IMG/VR virus record: IMGVR_UViG_3300043442_000626
Coordinates: 1-33,777 of that record
Strand: one strand, 5' to 3'
Source: a virus
Taxonomy: Duplodnaviria; Caudoviricetes
Length of the DNA: 33,777 nucleotides
A program made the translations under genes and the position numbers. Every line of letters starts with the position of its first letter. Within the stretch, counting starts at the first letter, position 1. Positions 1 to 8,797 of the stretch are shown piece after piece. The notes under the pieces are model-generated. The model did not search any database and had not been told where the DNA came from. It worked only from the letters and a program-made list of their open reading frames with translations.

Positions 1-383
1 GGCAATGCTGGACTATTATCTCCATATCCATATTTTAAATTATAATCTATATAGTTCCAGTGGCATAGCGCTATTGGATCCTTGTGTAATGGTTTAGCAA
101 TTTCATCTAGTATTGCTTCACAATCTTCTGGCATATCAAACTCAATTAAAACACGTGACATATTTTTTGCTATTTTTGGCTGAAACCTACTTTTAAATGT
201 TCCAGTTCTAATGTATCCATCTTCAATTCTATCACCAATGACAAATGGTTCTAACTTTCTGTTTTCTTGTATGATAGACATAATTCTATTTTTTTGATCT
301 TCATTAAATAGATTATCTACATAAAATGGAAGTGGCTTATTGTATTTATCAAAGCCAGTTAAATAATCATGAATCTGAGCCAT
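1..383 (-). CDS. Putative 2OG-Fe(II) oxygenase-like protein, third paralog, truncated by the window edge (not in ORF track)
   Basis: Hand translation from ATG at 383 with GGAGG upstream: MAQIHDYLTGFDKYNKPLPFYVDNLFNEDQK...CHWNYIDYNLKYGYGDNSPALP, open to base 1. The last residues align with YVEYNPKYSDDGSPYLNP(HKD) of the 971-1615 paralog, just before the expected HxD. Confidence 0.7.
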   Translation of the reverse strand, partial: MAQIHDYLTGFDKYNKPLPFYVDNLFNEDQKNRIMSIIQENRKLEPFVIGDRIEDGYIRTGTFKSRFQPKIAKNMSRVLIEFDMPEDCEAILDEIAKPLHKDPIALCHWNYIDYNLKYGYGDNSPAL

Positions 384-984
384 TTGTCCAACCTCCTGCT
401 TCAAAATATGCTTTACGATATTCTTCTACCTTCTTATCCATTCTTTCATTAAGGTCTGGCTCTTTAGGTCCAGATGTTGGGTCTGAGAAATGACAGAATA
501 TCATTTCTACAAAATCACCATCTTTAAATAGAGTTGGCTTTCTCCAGTGTACTTGATGAGTTCCGCTAAAGGTGATTGCCTGATTATCCTTAAGAGTAAA
601 TTCTTTATCTGGCTCAACGACTATTGGCCAACTAATATTAGAACTTAACTGATAATCGAAGGTAAATCTTGGTTCCTTAAATGTTTCATCATAGTGTGGA
701 AATAAGGATGGCTTGAAATGGAATTTTCCACAATTACTTGTAACATTTTCATATCTTGCAAAACAATGCTCTGTTAGGACAAGATTGTTATTGCCACTAA
801 CCTGCCTTGCTAATCTTGTAAATTTTTCTGCTACTGCATCCTCTAATTGTATAAATAGATTTGCCTGACAATGTTCTTGAACAAAGTTACCGCCAAAACT
901 TCTAGATATAGACGCACGAACAGAATTGATACCATCCTGATTCAATATGTCATCTAGTATTACATTACTTTCATCGTGTTTCAT
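367..984 (-). CDS. Putative 2OG-Fe(II) dioxygenase-like protein
   Basis: PSLFPHYD (HxD), FDYQLSSNISWP, HWR distal His, MIFCHF. Start moved from 1011 to ATG 984 (MKHDES), which follows GGAGGAAAAA. Confidence 0.7.
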   Translation of the reverse strand: MKHDESNVILDDILNQDGINSVRASISRSFGGNFVQEHCQANLFIQLEDAVAEKFTRLARQVSGNNNLVLTEHCFARYENVTSNCGKFHFKPSLFPHYDETFKEPRFTFDYQLSSNISWPIVVEPDKEFTLKDNQAITFSGTHQVHWRKPTLFKDGDFVEMIFCHFSDPTSGPKEPDLNERMDKKVEEYRKAYFEAGGWTNGSDS

Positions 985-1615
985 TTTTTCCTCCATTATA
1001 TTGTTCTGCAAATTCCCAAATTTCTTCAGCAGTATAACTGCAATCTTCTATATTTTTATTTTTTAATGTAATATGAAAAAATATCATTTTAACATACTCA
1101 CCGTCGTTCCACTGTCTTTTTGGTCTCCAATGGTAATTTTTTGTAGTTATAATTCCAAGTGCACTATTATTTGACAAAGAATAAATATCTTTATTTATTG
1201 CTACTGGCCATTCTATATTTGAATCTAACTGATAGTCTAAAACAAAGTCTGATGCACCTGGATGATCTTTGTGTGGGTTTAAGTATGGGCTGCCGTCATC
1301 GCTATATTTTGGATTATATTCAACATAGGTTGCCCCACCTATATTGCTAAATTCAACTCCAAGTTGATTACAGATATCAATAGCACAATCTTTGGCCACA
1401 GAAAGTATTTCATCTGGAAGCGTAAATTTATCAATATCTAATCTAGAAAGAAGTTCTTTTTTAATTGCAATAAACTTTTTATCGCTTGGGTAAGCATGTC
1501 CTGTTTTTGAATCGTACCAGTCAATTTGCTCCCTTGTGGAAAATTCTTTATCTATAGCATCATATATTTTTTCAATATGCTCTTTTGAAAAAATATCAGT
1601 TCTGATTAGACTCAT
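971..1615 (-). CDS. Putative 2OG-Fe(II) dioxygenase-like protein
   Basis: PYLNPHKD (HxD), LDYQLDSNIEWP, HWR, MIFFHI; clear paralog of 367-984. Start moved to ATG 1615 (MSLIRT), 6 nt after TATAAT. Confidence 0.7.
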   Translation of the reverse strand: MSLIRTDIFSKEHIEKIYDAIDKEFSTREQIDWYDSKTGHAYPSDKKFIAIKKELLSRLDIDKFTLPDEILSVAKDCAIDICNQLGVEFSNIGGATYVEYNPKYSDDGSPYLNPHKDHPGASDFVLDYQLDSNIEWPVAINKDIYSLSNNSALGIITTKNYHWRPKRQWNDGEYVKMIFFHITLKNKNIEDCSYTAEEIWEFAEQYNGGKNETR

Positions 1616-1621
1616 ATATCT

Positions 1622-1627
1622 ATTATA
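1622..1627 (-). promoter_or_regulatory. -10 box (TATAAT), probable leaderless promoter of the oxygenase array
   Basis: Minus strand GGTATAAT-AGATAT-ATG; no SD; overlaps the TAA of the upstream gene. Confidence 0.55.
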
Positions 1628-1907
1628 CCTTATCAATTAATTCTTCTAAAATGCTTAACTCTATAACTGCAAGTCTTATCTTTTTATTTCCTTCTCCAAG
1701 CACTATAATAATTGCTGGATCATTTCCATTTCTTATTGCGTCAGTGGTGGCCTTAGCCCAAACATCTTGGTTTAATGAAAAAGACTTTGAGTTTTCTTTA
1801 AAATCTACAGTAAAATTTTTCCAGGTGGCATCGCCTTTTTTAGTATTTCTACCAGAATTTTTGTGCTGTTTAGCACCAATTCTTTTACTTTCGTTCTTCT
1901 CGCTCAT
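1623..1907 (-). CDS. PD-(D/E)XK nuclease, Holliday junction resolvase-like
   Basis: 94 aa with N-terminal E, SG...KGD...DFK motif; located downstream of recA. Confidence 0.65.
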   Translation of the reverse strand: MSEKNESKRIGAKQHKNSGRNTKKGDATWKNFTVDFKENSKSFSLNQDVWAKATTDAIRNGNDPAIIIVLGEGNKKIRLAVIELSILEELIDKV

Positions 1908-2076
1908 AATCCTTTTTCTTTTTATATCCTACATGGAACAGTTTGCACTCTGACAAATGTTTTTCTGAACACATCCATGTTGCCATTCCAGTTTCTGCAT
2001 AAAGCCTAATTGTTTTTACTTCTTGTTTGCATGTTTTACAAGGAAACTTACCTTCATAAACAGTATATCTAGACAC
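1885..2076 (-). CDS. Small Zn-ribbon protein
   Basis: CKTC...CSEKH, basic C-terminus; overlaps both neighbours. Confidence 0.65.
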   Translation of the reverse strand: MSRYTVYEGKFPCKTCKQEVKTIRLYAETGMATWMCSEKHLSECKLFHVGYKKKKDYEREERK

Positions 2077-3079
2077 TAAGTTTATTCTTAATCATATTTT
2101 GTAGATCAAGATCCTCCCGTACCCTATTAATAAAACCTTCTCTACCTTGAACTTTAGTGCCATCTGGTAATAAATACCAAGCACCTGTTCTTTCTACTAT
2201 CCCAACCATTTCAGCAGTGTCAACAAGATCAGCGACGCTGTCAATGCCCAAATTACTGCCTCTAAAATAGAAATCATATTCACCAGACTGAAAAGCAGGA
2301 CTAGTTTTACTAAACTGCAATTCCCATCTAATTTTTCTACCAACTTTTTCTTCAATAGCCTTGTCGCCAACATATATCTTTCCTTTCAAAGCCTGATTTT
2401 CTGATTCAGATGAAAAAAGTTTTACTACAGTAGATGAATAAAATTTTGTAGCCTGACCACCAGATGGTTGCTGGCTTGTATACATTGCATTAATATTATT
2501 TCTTGATTGTGAAATTAATATTAATAGTGTTGGCTTAACTTTATTATTGGCATAGTTAAGCATTTTCCAAGCATTACTAAAGTCTCTAGACTCTGCACCA
2601 ATTTGTTTTGTATTTTCTAATGCTTTCAGTTCATCGGAATCTTTTTCAAAATAAATTGCAGGCAACAATGAAGTAATACTATCTATAACTATTAAATCTA
2701 CTCCTGCTTCCATTAATCCTACACCAACCTCTACCATTTCATTAATAGTACGAGCCTGAGAATAAATCAATTTACTTGTGTCTACGCCTAAATTTTTTGC
2801 CCATTCTTCAGAATAAGACATTTCTGCATCTATCCAAGCACAAACCTTGCCTTCTTCTTGCGCCAATGCAATGGTTTGAAGACATAGTGAAGACTTAGCA
2901 CTTGACTTACTACCCCAAATAAGCACCTGTCTACCATACGGTAAACCACCATTAAGGGCACGATTAAGTCCATAACTCGGCGTCTTTTGATATTCAAGTT
3001 TTATACCTTCTCCAGTTCCAAGTCTTTTACGAATGCTTGGACTTAATTGTGCTAATACATCTTCTACACTAACCGACAT
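2069..3079 (-). CDS. recA: RecA-like recombinase
   Basis: LNRALNGGLPYGR, Walker A GSKSSAKS, WIDAE, VIDSITSL, SGGQATKFYSS, GAWY, VQGRE. Confidence 0.93.
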   Translation of the reverse strand: MSVSVEDVLAQLSPSIRKRLGTGEGIKLEYQKTPSYGLNRALNGGLPYGRQVLIWGSKSSAKSSLCLQTIALAQEEGKVCAWIDAEMSYSEEWAKNLGVDTSKLIYSQARTINEMVEVGVGLMEAGVDLIVIDSITSLLPAIYFEKDSDELKALENTKQIGAESRDFSNAWKMLNYANNKVKPTLLILISQSRNNINAMYTSQQPSGGQATKFYSSTVVKLFSSESENQALKGKIYVGDKAIEEKVGRKIRWELQFSKTSPAFQSGEYDFYFRGSNLGIDSVADLVDTAEMVGIVERTGAWYLLPDGTKVQGREGFINRVREDLDLQNMIKNKLSV

Positions 3080-6000
3080 TTATATCCTCCAATATTACTG
3101 TACCGTCTTTAGTTTTACCTAATTCAAATTTATACGCATGGCCTTCTTCAATCTTCATATATGCCTTAGCAAAGGCAGTAGGAAATACTGTTACTGGATG
3201 AAGTTCTCTAGATGTATCTGCTAGAGTCAGCGATGCCATTTTCTTTCCTGCTTTCGTTATTCTAGGTTTAAATGATACCACAAATAACTCATCGTCTTTG
3301 TATGGAAGCATTCTATAATTTAAAAATTTAATTAATGCAGCATCTGAGTTTTTTATTTCGTCCACAGGAATAGCGCTAACAATTCTATTATCAGAACAGA
3401 GTGCAATATAACTTCGTCCAGCCTCAATTGTAGTTTGCTCTTCATCAAATACACCTATGCTTCCTGTTTTATCTAATATCTCAACACGAGACCAACCCTT
3501 GCCACGCTTAATGCCTTTAACCATTCCCATAAGAATAAACGATCCCTTTTCTTCAAAATCTTCTACTGGATTAATAAAGGCGTGATAGTGTGATGGAACT
3601 GTTTGTGTAAATTCTGGTAGACCTAAATACTCATAAAGATTTTCACGAATCTCATTATCATTTCGTGGATTATCTGGGAAAGTAGCAGCACCAATAATTC
3701 TTAATGCTTCTAATGCTCTACTATTTACTCCATTTCCTTTCGTAAACGTGAAATCTCTAAGTGCCTCAAAAGACTTAAAAGGTCGTGCTGATATATAGCG
3801 TTCTGCAATCTTATCAGAGATAAACTTGATCCCCGAGAGTCCAAACCGAATACCCTTACCCTCAATCTTAAAATCGATATCCGAATCATTAATATGAGGC
3901 AACTTAATGCTAATCCCCATTCTTTTCGCTTCAATAAGATATTCAGTTCGTGCATCTTTGTCCCTTTCGTTTTTTAATAATGAGTACATAAACTCAATTG
4001 GATAATAATACTTTAGCCATGCCGTCCAATACGAGAGCGTAGAATAAGCAACCGCATGACTCTTGTTGAACGAATATCCCGCATGCGCCTCAAAGTCGTG
4101 CCATAAATCACGAGCCTGATTAGGACTAATAAAACGAGAAGCACCTTTAACAAACTGTTCCTGAAACGCATCAAATTCTCTTGCATCTTTCTTTTTACCA
4201 ATAATCTTACGAACCTTATCGGCTTCAGACCAAGACATCCCTCCCAACTCAACGCAAGCCTGCATAACCTGCTCTTGGTATAGGATACACCCATATGTTT
4301 CTTCTGTGAAAGGCTTCATGGTCTGATGAAGGTAATTTACCGCCTGTCTGCCATGTTTTCTCTCAATATAATCTTTGCCAATGGTATTCATGGCACCTGG
4401 ACGAACCAAGGCGTTTGAAGCAGATAGTTCTGCAAGATTTTTTACGCCCATCTTAATAAGAAGGTTTGTATATGGTGTTGCTTCGCACTGAAAGACTCCT
4501 TTTGTATATCCCTCAGAAAGCATCTGATAAACTTTTTGATCAGACATATCAATCTTTAATAGATTAATGTCTGTACCTTCACGCTCCTTGATAATCCTTA
4601 GTGTGTCATTAATTACGCTTAAGGTTTTAAGACCAAGTGCGTCGATTTTGATGAGACCAATCTTTTCAGCCTCTTCCATGTCAACCGCCACAACTGGTAT
4701 ACGATCATCGCTGCCAGGAGAATTACGTGTCTCCATCGGTGCGTACCTAAAAATAGGATTTTTACTAGTGACAACACCAGCAGCGTGTATGCCAGTACCT
4801 CTAATACGACCACGAAGTTGTTCCCCATATTGTTCCACCTCTGGATATTTTTCTCTAAACCAAGCAGTAGTTTTTGATGAGCAATACTCATCCCAAGTGT
4901 CTACTAATTTTAACACCTTATTAACATCTGCCAATGGTATATTTAATGCACGAGCAACATCTCTTACAACACCCTTATCTTTAAATTCTAAAAATGTAGC
5001 AATAGATGCAACATGCTTATACTGTCTAACAAGATAATCTTTTACTTCATCACGACGAGAGTCTTGAATATCTGTATCAATATCTGGAAAGTCATTACGC
5101 TCTGGATTAATAAAACGAAAGAACAATAGTCCGTGCTCAATAGGATCTATATCTGTAATCCCTAGAGTATAACAAAGTAATGATCCAGCAGATGATCCAC
5201 GACCTGGACCAACCATAATACCTTCCTTCTTTGCCCAAGAGATCATACTTTGTACCACAAGGAAGTATGGGCCAAACTTTTTATCCTTAATAACCTTTAA
5301 TTCTTCTTCTAGTCTATCTACATACTCTTTATTGTCTGCAAACCCTTTAGCCTTTAATCCTTCATAGGCAAGGTCAGACAACTGCTTATCAGGATTCTTA
5401 TACTGAACTGGTAAAAGATTTAGCCCATCCTTAATGTCATAATCCTCAATCTTGTTGGCAAGATCTATTGTATTTTCATAGATATCAGTTCTCCAGATTG
5501 ATTGCTTTTCCATAGCAGACTGAATCTCTTCATATGATAGTAGGTGAATATCAAATTTGTTAAATGACATTTGTCTATCTGCGCCATAAAGGTAATCTAG
5601 ACGCTTCATTAAGTCCCCTTGCTTTTTGGACTTTTCATATGTAGCATCTTTCTGAATTTTATTTGCATAGGTATTTAGAATAAGTTTAAGTTCTTGGATC
5701 TCTCTCTGAGACTGATCAACATGATGACAGTCTGGAGTTACAATTGGCTTAACACCAAACTCGTCGGCTAATAATAAAATATTTCTGTTAATTGACTCAT
5801 CATTATGTGGCATAACTTCTAGATAGTAGTCATCACCAAACTCTTCTTTAAACCACTTAATATATCTCTTTGCCATTCCAAGTTCTTCAAGTTCAATAGA
5901 CTTGGCAATAATTCCACTTGGGCATGCAGAAGAAACTATAATTCCTTCTTTATATTTAGACAATACTTCAAAATCAATACGTGGCTTTTTATAATAACCT

Positions 6001-6347
6001 TCCGTCCACGCTATCTCATTTAACTTATTAAGATTTTCTAAGCCTACCTGATTCTTGGCAAGAAGGATAATATGATTATAAACCATATCGAGTGGAGTTG
6101 TCCGATCTGCTTTGTCTCGCTGATCAAATCTATCTTCACACATATACCCTTCTATGCCAAGAATTGGTTTTATTCCATTAGATTTAGCAACACGATACAT
6201 TTCTCTGTGGCCAGAAAGGGAGCCATGGTCAGTAATCGCTATTGCAGGCATACCCAACTTCGTAGCACGTTCAACATATTCGGAAGGCAACCCAATACCA
6301 TCGAATAGAGAAAAGTGAGTATGTAAATGTAATGGAACGTAATTCAT
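3069..6347 (-). CDS. dnaE: DNA polymerase III alpha subunit (family C)
   Basis: PHP domain (HLHTHFSLFDG, TDHG, GIEG), GPGRGSSAGSL, PDIDTD, GIHAAG, KIDALGL, YSFNKSHAVAY; 1092 aa, no intein seen. Confidence 0.97.
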   Translation of the reverse strand: MNYVPLHLHTHFSLFDGIGLPSEYVERATKLGMPAIAITDHGSLSGHREMYRVAKSNGIKPILGIEGYMCEDRFDQRDKADRTTPLDMVYNHIILLAKNQVGLENLNKLNEIAWTEGYYKKPRIDFEVLSKYKEGIIVSSACPSGIIAKSIELEELGMAKRYIKWFKEEFGDDYYLEVMPHNDESINRNILLLADEFGVKPIVTPDCHHVDQSQREIQELKLILNTYANKIQKDATYEKSKKQGDLMKRLDYLYGADRQMSFNKFDIHLLSYEEIQSAMEKQSIWRTDIYENTIDLANKIEDYDIKDGLNLLPVQYKNPDKQLSDLAYEGLKAKGFADNKEYVDRLEEELKVIKDKKFGPYFLVVQSMISWAKKEGIMVGPGRGSSAGSLLCYTLGITDIDPIEHGLLFFRFINPERNDFPDIDTDIQDSRRDEVKDYLVRQYKHVASIATFLEFKDKGVVRDVARALNIPLADVNKVLKLVDTWDEYCSSKTTAWFREKYPEVEQYGEQLRGRIRGTGIHAAGVVTSKNPIFRYAPMETRNSPGSDDRIPVVAVDMEEAEKIGLIKIDALGLKTLSVINDTLRIIKEREGTDINLLKIDMSDQKVYQMLSEGYTKGVFQCEATPYTNLLIKMGVKNLAELSASNALVRPGAMNTIGKDYIERKHGRQAVNYLHQTMKPFTEETYGCILYQEQVMQACVELGGMSWSEADKVRKIIGKKKDAREFDAFQEQFVKGASRFISPNQARDLWHDFEAHAGYSFNKSHAVAYSTLSYWTAWLKYYYPIEFMYSLLKNERDKDARTEYLIEAKRMGISIKLPHINDSDIDFKIEGKGIRFGLSGIKFISDKIAERYISARPFKSFEALRDFTFTKGNGVNSRALEALRIIGAATFPDNPRNDNEIRENLYEYLGLPEFTQTVPSHYHAFINPVEDFEEKGSFILMGMVKGIKRGKGWSRVEILDKTGSIGVFDEEQTTIEAGRSYIALCSDNRIVSAIPVDEIKNSDAALIKFLNYRMLPYKDDELFVVSFKPRITKAGKKMASLTLADTSRELHPVTVFPTAFAKAYMKIEEGHAYKFELGKTKDGTVILEDINVG

Positions 6348-6350
6348 CTA

Positions 6351-7013
6351 CTACCAGTCGATATTAGTCGCTGATGTTGTAGATGGAGAATCAAATCCAA
6401 GATAGAACGCTTCTTGTTCCGCATAAGGAACACGACGAAGTGCTTTCTCCAATGGGTATGGCTCAATGCCCTCCCAATTAAATGGCTCCTTATCTGGAGC
6501 AGAAGGAATCAAAGTGTAAGATGTTTCAGTTCCCTGACCATTACGCTTTAACTTCCAAATCACATTTGAGATGCTTCCTGTTTCAAGAGCATACTCACGA
6601 ATTGTATTAAATGCAGATTGCTTGCTTACGCCCATGGACCAGATAGCAACATACGGCTTTTCTTCCATGCCATCGTCAACAAGTACATTGCAGTAAAAGC
6701 GAAGACGACCACGCCATCCGCTATTTCCCTTTGGATCTTTACGATACATTTCTTCTGCCCAGTCACGGCCCTCTGATTCCATTGTGTCTACAGCCTTACG
6801 CTTGTAGTCCTTTGGATTAGTGTGCTCTTTAACAACAAGTGCTAGTCCACGACCTTCTGTATAGTGTGCAGAATCTTCATCAAGTTCTTCGATAAAACGA
6901 ATCTTGACAGATTGTCCATCCGCTAACTTTAACCAGCGTACCTTCGGTGCGCTTTCATCATTTTTCTTATCGAGCAGGGCATTAATGTTTTTTAGTCCCT
7001 TAATAACGCTCAT
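6351..7013 (-). CDS. Putative single-stranded DNA-binding protein (gp32-like)
   Basis: LKLADGQSVKIRF N-terminus, KLKRNGQGTETSY motif, acidic/aromatic tip (...NIDW); directly upstream of the polymerase; AGGAG SD. Confidence 0.65.
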   Translation of the reverse strand: MSVIKGLKNINALLDKKNDESAPKVRWLKLADGQSVKIRFIEELDEDSAHYTEGRGLALVVKEHTNPKDYKRKAVDTMESEGRDWAEEMYRKDPKGNSGWRGRLRFYCNVLVDDGMEEKPYVAIWSMGVSKQSAFNTIREYALETGSISNVIWKLKRNGQGTETSYTLIPSAPDKEPFNWEGIEPYPLEKALRRVPYAEQEAFYLGFDSPSTTSATNIDW

Positions 7014-7035
7014 AGTTTTCTCCTTTGTTTTTATT

Positions 7036-7064
7036 AGTATATATTAGAAAGTAGTATTTGTCAA
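7036..7064 (-). promoter_or_regulatory. Near-consensus sigma70/SigA promoter for ssb-dnaE-recA
   Basis: TTGACA (7064-7059), 17 nt spacer, TATACT (7041-7036), then AAAGGAG SD and ATG at 7013. Confidence 0.85.
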
Positions 7065-8501
7065 GTATTTAGATAAATATTCTTTGACGCTTATACCTTC
7101 AAAGTTTTTGGCTTCATCATATAGTTTATCATATGCTTCTTTTGTTTGCAAATTAGAATACAGATTAGATTTATTAAATTGTCCAGTGTTTACATATGTT
7201 GTCATCCATGACTGATATCCAAAAGTTTTATTATTATTAGAGATAACATATTCTGATATATAGTTTTGATCAAGTTCTAAAAGAACTCTTTCTGCATATT
7301 CTGGCATTTTATTTTCTAGCCTAAAGTTTTTCCAAAAATCAGAGTCATCTCTATCGGTTAAATAATGTATATAAATAAAACCAAGTAGTTCTTTATTTTT
7401 TTGTTCAACTAAATTATTATATTTTTCAATAACCGATTCATTATTATTTATTAAATATTCATTTATATATTCTACTGAAGAAAATAATCTCATCATATAT
7501 ATTGTAAGCATAATTGATGTAGCATGTAAAGGCTCAAAAAATCCAGCAGCAAGCCCTACAGATAAGCAATTTTTAATCCATGGATTTTTATAGTATCCTG
7601 GTTTAAAATCAAAATGATTAACTACCTTTACTTCATCTTTATTAAACATATCATATATTTCTGATAACACTTGTTCTTTAGATGAATATTTGGGATCATA
7701 GACATATCCGCAGCCATATCTATGTTTTAATGGAGTTTTCCATATCCAGCCATATTTCATTGCTATTATTTCTGTACACATAGAGTATTTATTATCTTGT
7801 GGTAAAAAGAATGCCAATGCCTTGGTGCAAGGTAAACTTTCTGATGCATCTACCCATTCAGACTTTAGATGATCTCCAATAAACAAACTTTTAAACCCAG
7901 TAGCATCTATTAAAAAATCACATTCATATGATCCAGATTCACAATTAACTACTGTTATTTTTCCATCAAATTCCCCGACATGCTGAATTTTGTCGTCTAT
8001 TATATTAATGCCTCTTTTTGTTGATTCTTCTTTAAAAAATTCTGCTAATTTAATTGCATCTAAATGCCAGCCAATATAGGGCCATGTTAGTTGTTCTTTA
8101 TTAGTAGCATTCCATCCTTTATTAATACTATCAAGATTATTATCATTATACATAGTCTCAATTGATGCTAACCTAAATTTTTCAAGTTCTTCTTTTTTAG
8201 TCAACGGATTATCAGAAACATAATTAATTAATGGATGAAAATATGATTCTTGTCTTTTAGACCAACCAATAAATCTTATACCATTTTTTAACGTTGATCC
8301 AGTATGCTCTATAAATTTATCTATTGGTAATTCTAGTTCATCAAAAAGATAAGAGAAATTAGTTGTGGTTCCCTCTCCAGCACCAAGCACACCAATCTTA
8401 GAACTATCTATTACCGTTATGTCTGCATTTGGCAATCTTTTATTAATTGTTAAAGCAGCAAGATATCCAGCAGTACCGCCTCCAGCAACAACTATTTTCA
8501 A
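7044..8501 (-). CDS. Flavin-dependent halogenase (tryptophan halogenase/PrnA-like family)
   Basis: KIVVAGGGTAG (FAD GxGxxG), GAGEGT, TLKNGIRF (catalytic Lys position), IDATGF, GWIWKTP, GCGYVY, GFFEPL, RDDSDFW. Start moved to TTG 8501 (GGAG upstream, TTGA overlap with the previous stop). Confidence 0.88.
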   Translation of the reverse strand: MKIVVAGGGTAGYLAALTINKRLPNADITVIDSSKIGVLGAGEGTTTNFSYLFDELELPIDKFIEHTGSTLKNGIRFIGWSKRQESYFHPLINYVSDNPLTKKEELEKFRLASIETMYNDNNLDSINKGWNATNKEQLTWPYIGWHLDAIKLAEFFKEESTKRGINIIDDKIQHVGEFDGKITVVNCESGSYECDFLIDATGFKSLFIGDHLKSEWVDASESLPCTKALAFFLPQDNKYSMCTEIIAMKYGWIWKTPLKHRYGCGYVYDPKYSSKEQVLSEIYDMFNKDEVKVVNHFDFKPGYYKNPWIKNCLSVGLAAGFFEPLHATSIMLTIYMMRLFSSVEYINEYLINNNESVIEKYNNLVEQKNKELLGFIYIHYLTDRDDSDFWKNFRLENKMPEYAERVLLELDQNYISEYVISNNNKTFGYQSWMTTYVNTGQFNKSNLYSNLQTKEAYDKLYDEAKNFEGISVKEYLSKYLTNTTF

Positions 8502-8797
8502 AGAATAACTCCAAAATATTTTGCAATATAAAGTATTGCAAGGACTGACCATAAAATATTAAACCAAATTAGGGTAGGTATTGTTTTAACAGTAGATGAC
8601 CAAATAAGTCCAAGACTTGATACTAATGCAAATATATAAAACCACCATACACTCACATCAAACAGTAATCCTGGTAAAATAATTATTGCTTTGGCAACAA
8701 AAGCAAAAAATTCTACAATGTTTGCCTTTGTCCAATATTCTTTATGACCCATGGTTTTTAAAGCCTGTAACCATTCCATATGATTTTTATTTTTCAT
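8498..8797 (-). CDS. Small integral membrane protein (about 3 TM helices), unknown function
   Basis: Three hydrophobic segments; AAGGAG SD; ATGA overlap with primase stop. Confidence 0.75.
   Translation of the reverse strand: MKNKNHMEWLQALKTMGHKEYWTKANIVEFFAFVAKAIIILPGLLFDVSVWWFYIFALVSSLGLIWSSTVKTIPTLIWFNILWSVLAILYIAKYFGVIL

Noticed and set aside
3725-4891. Alternative-frame minus-strand ORFs inside dnaE (also 20926-21156, 24787-24987, 29367-29573)
   Set aside because: Nested in conserved genes with no motifs; expected by chance.
8498-8797. Calling the 3-TM protein a holin
   Set aside because: Size fits, but there is no neighbouring endolysin, no charged C-terminal tail, and it sits in a replication operon.
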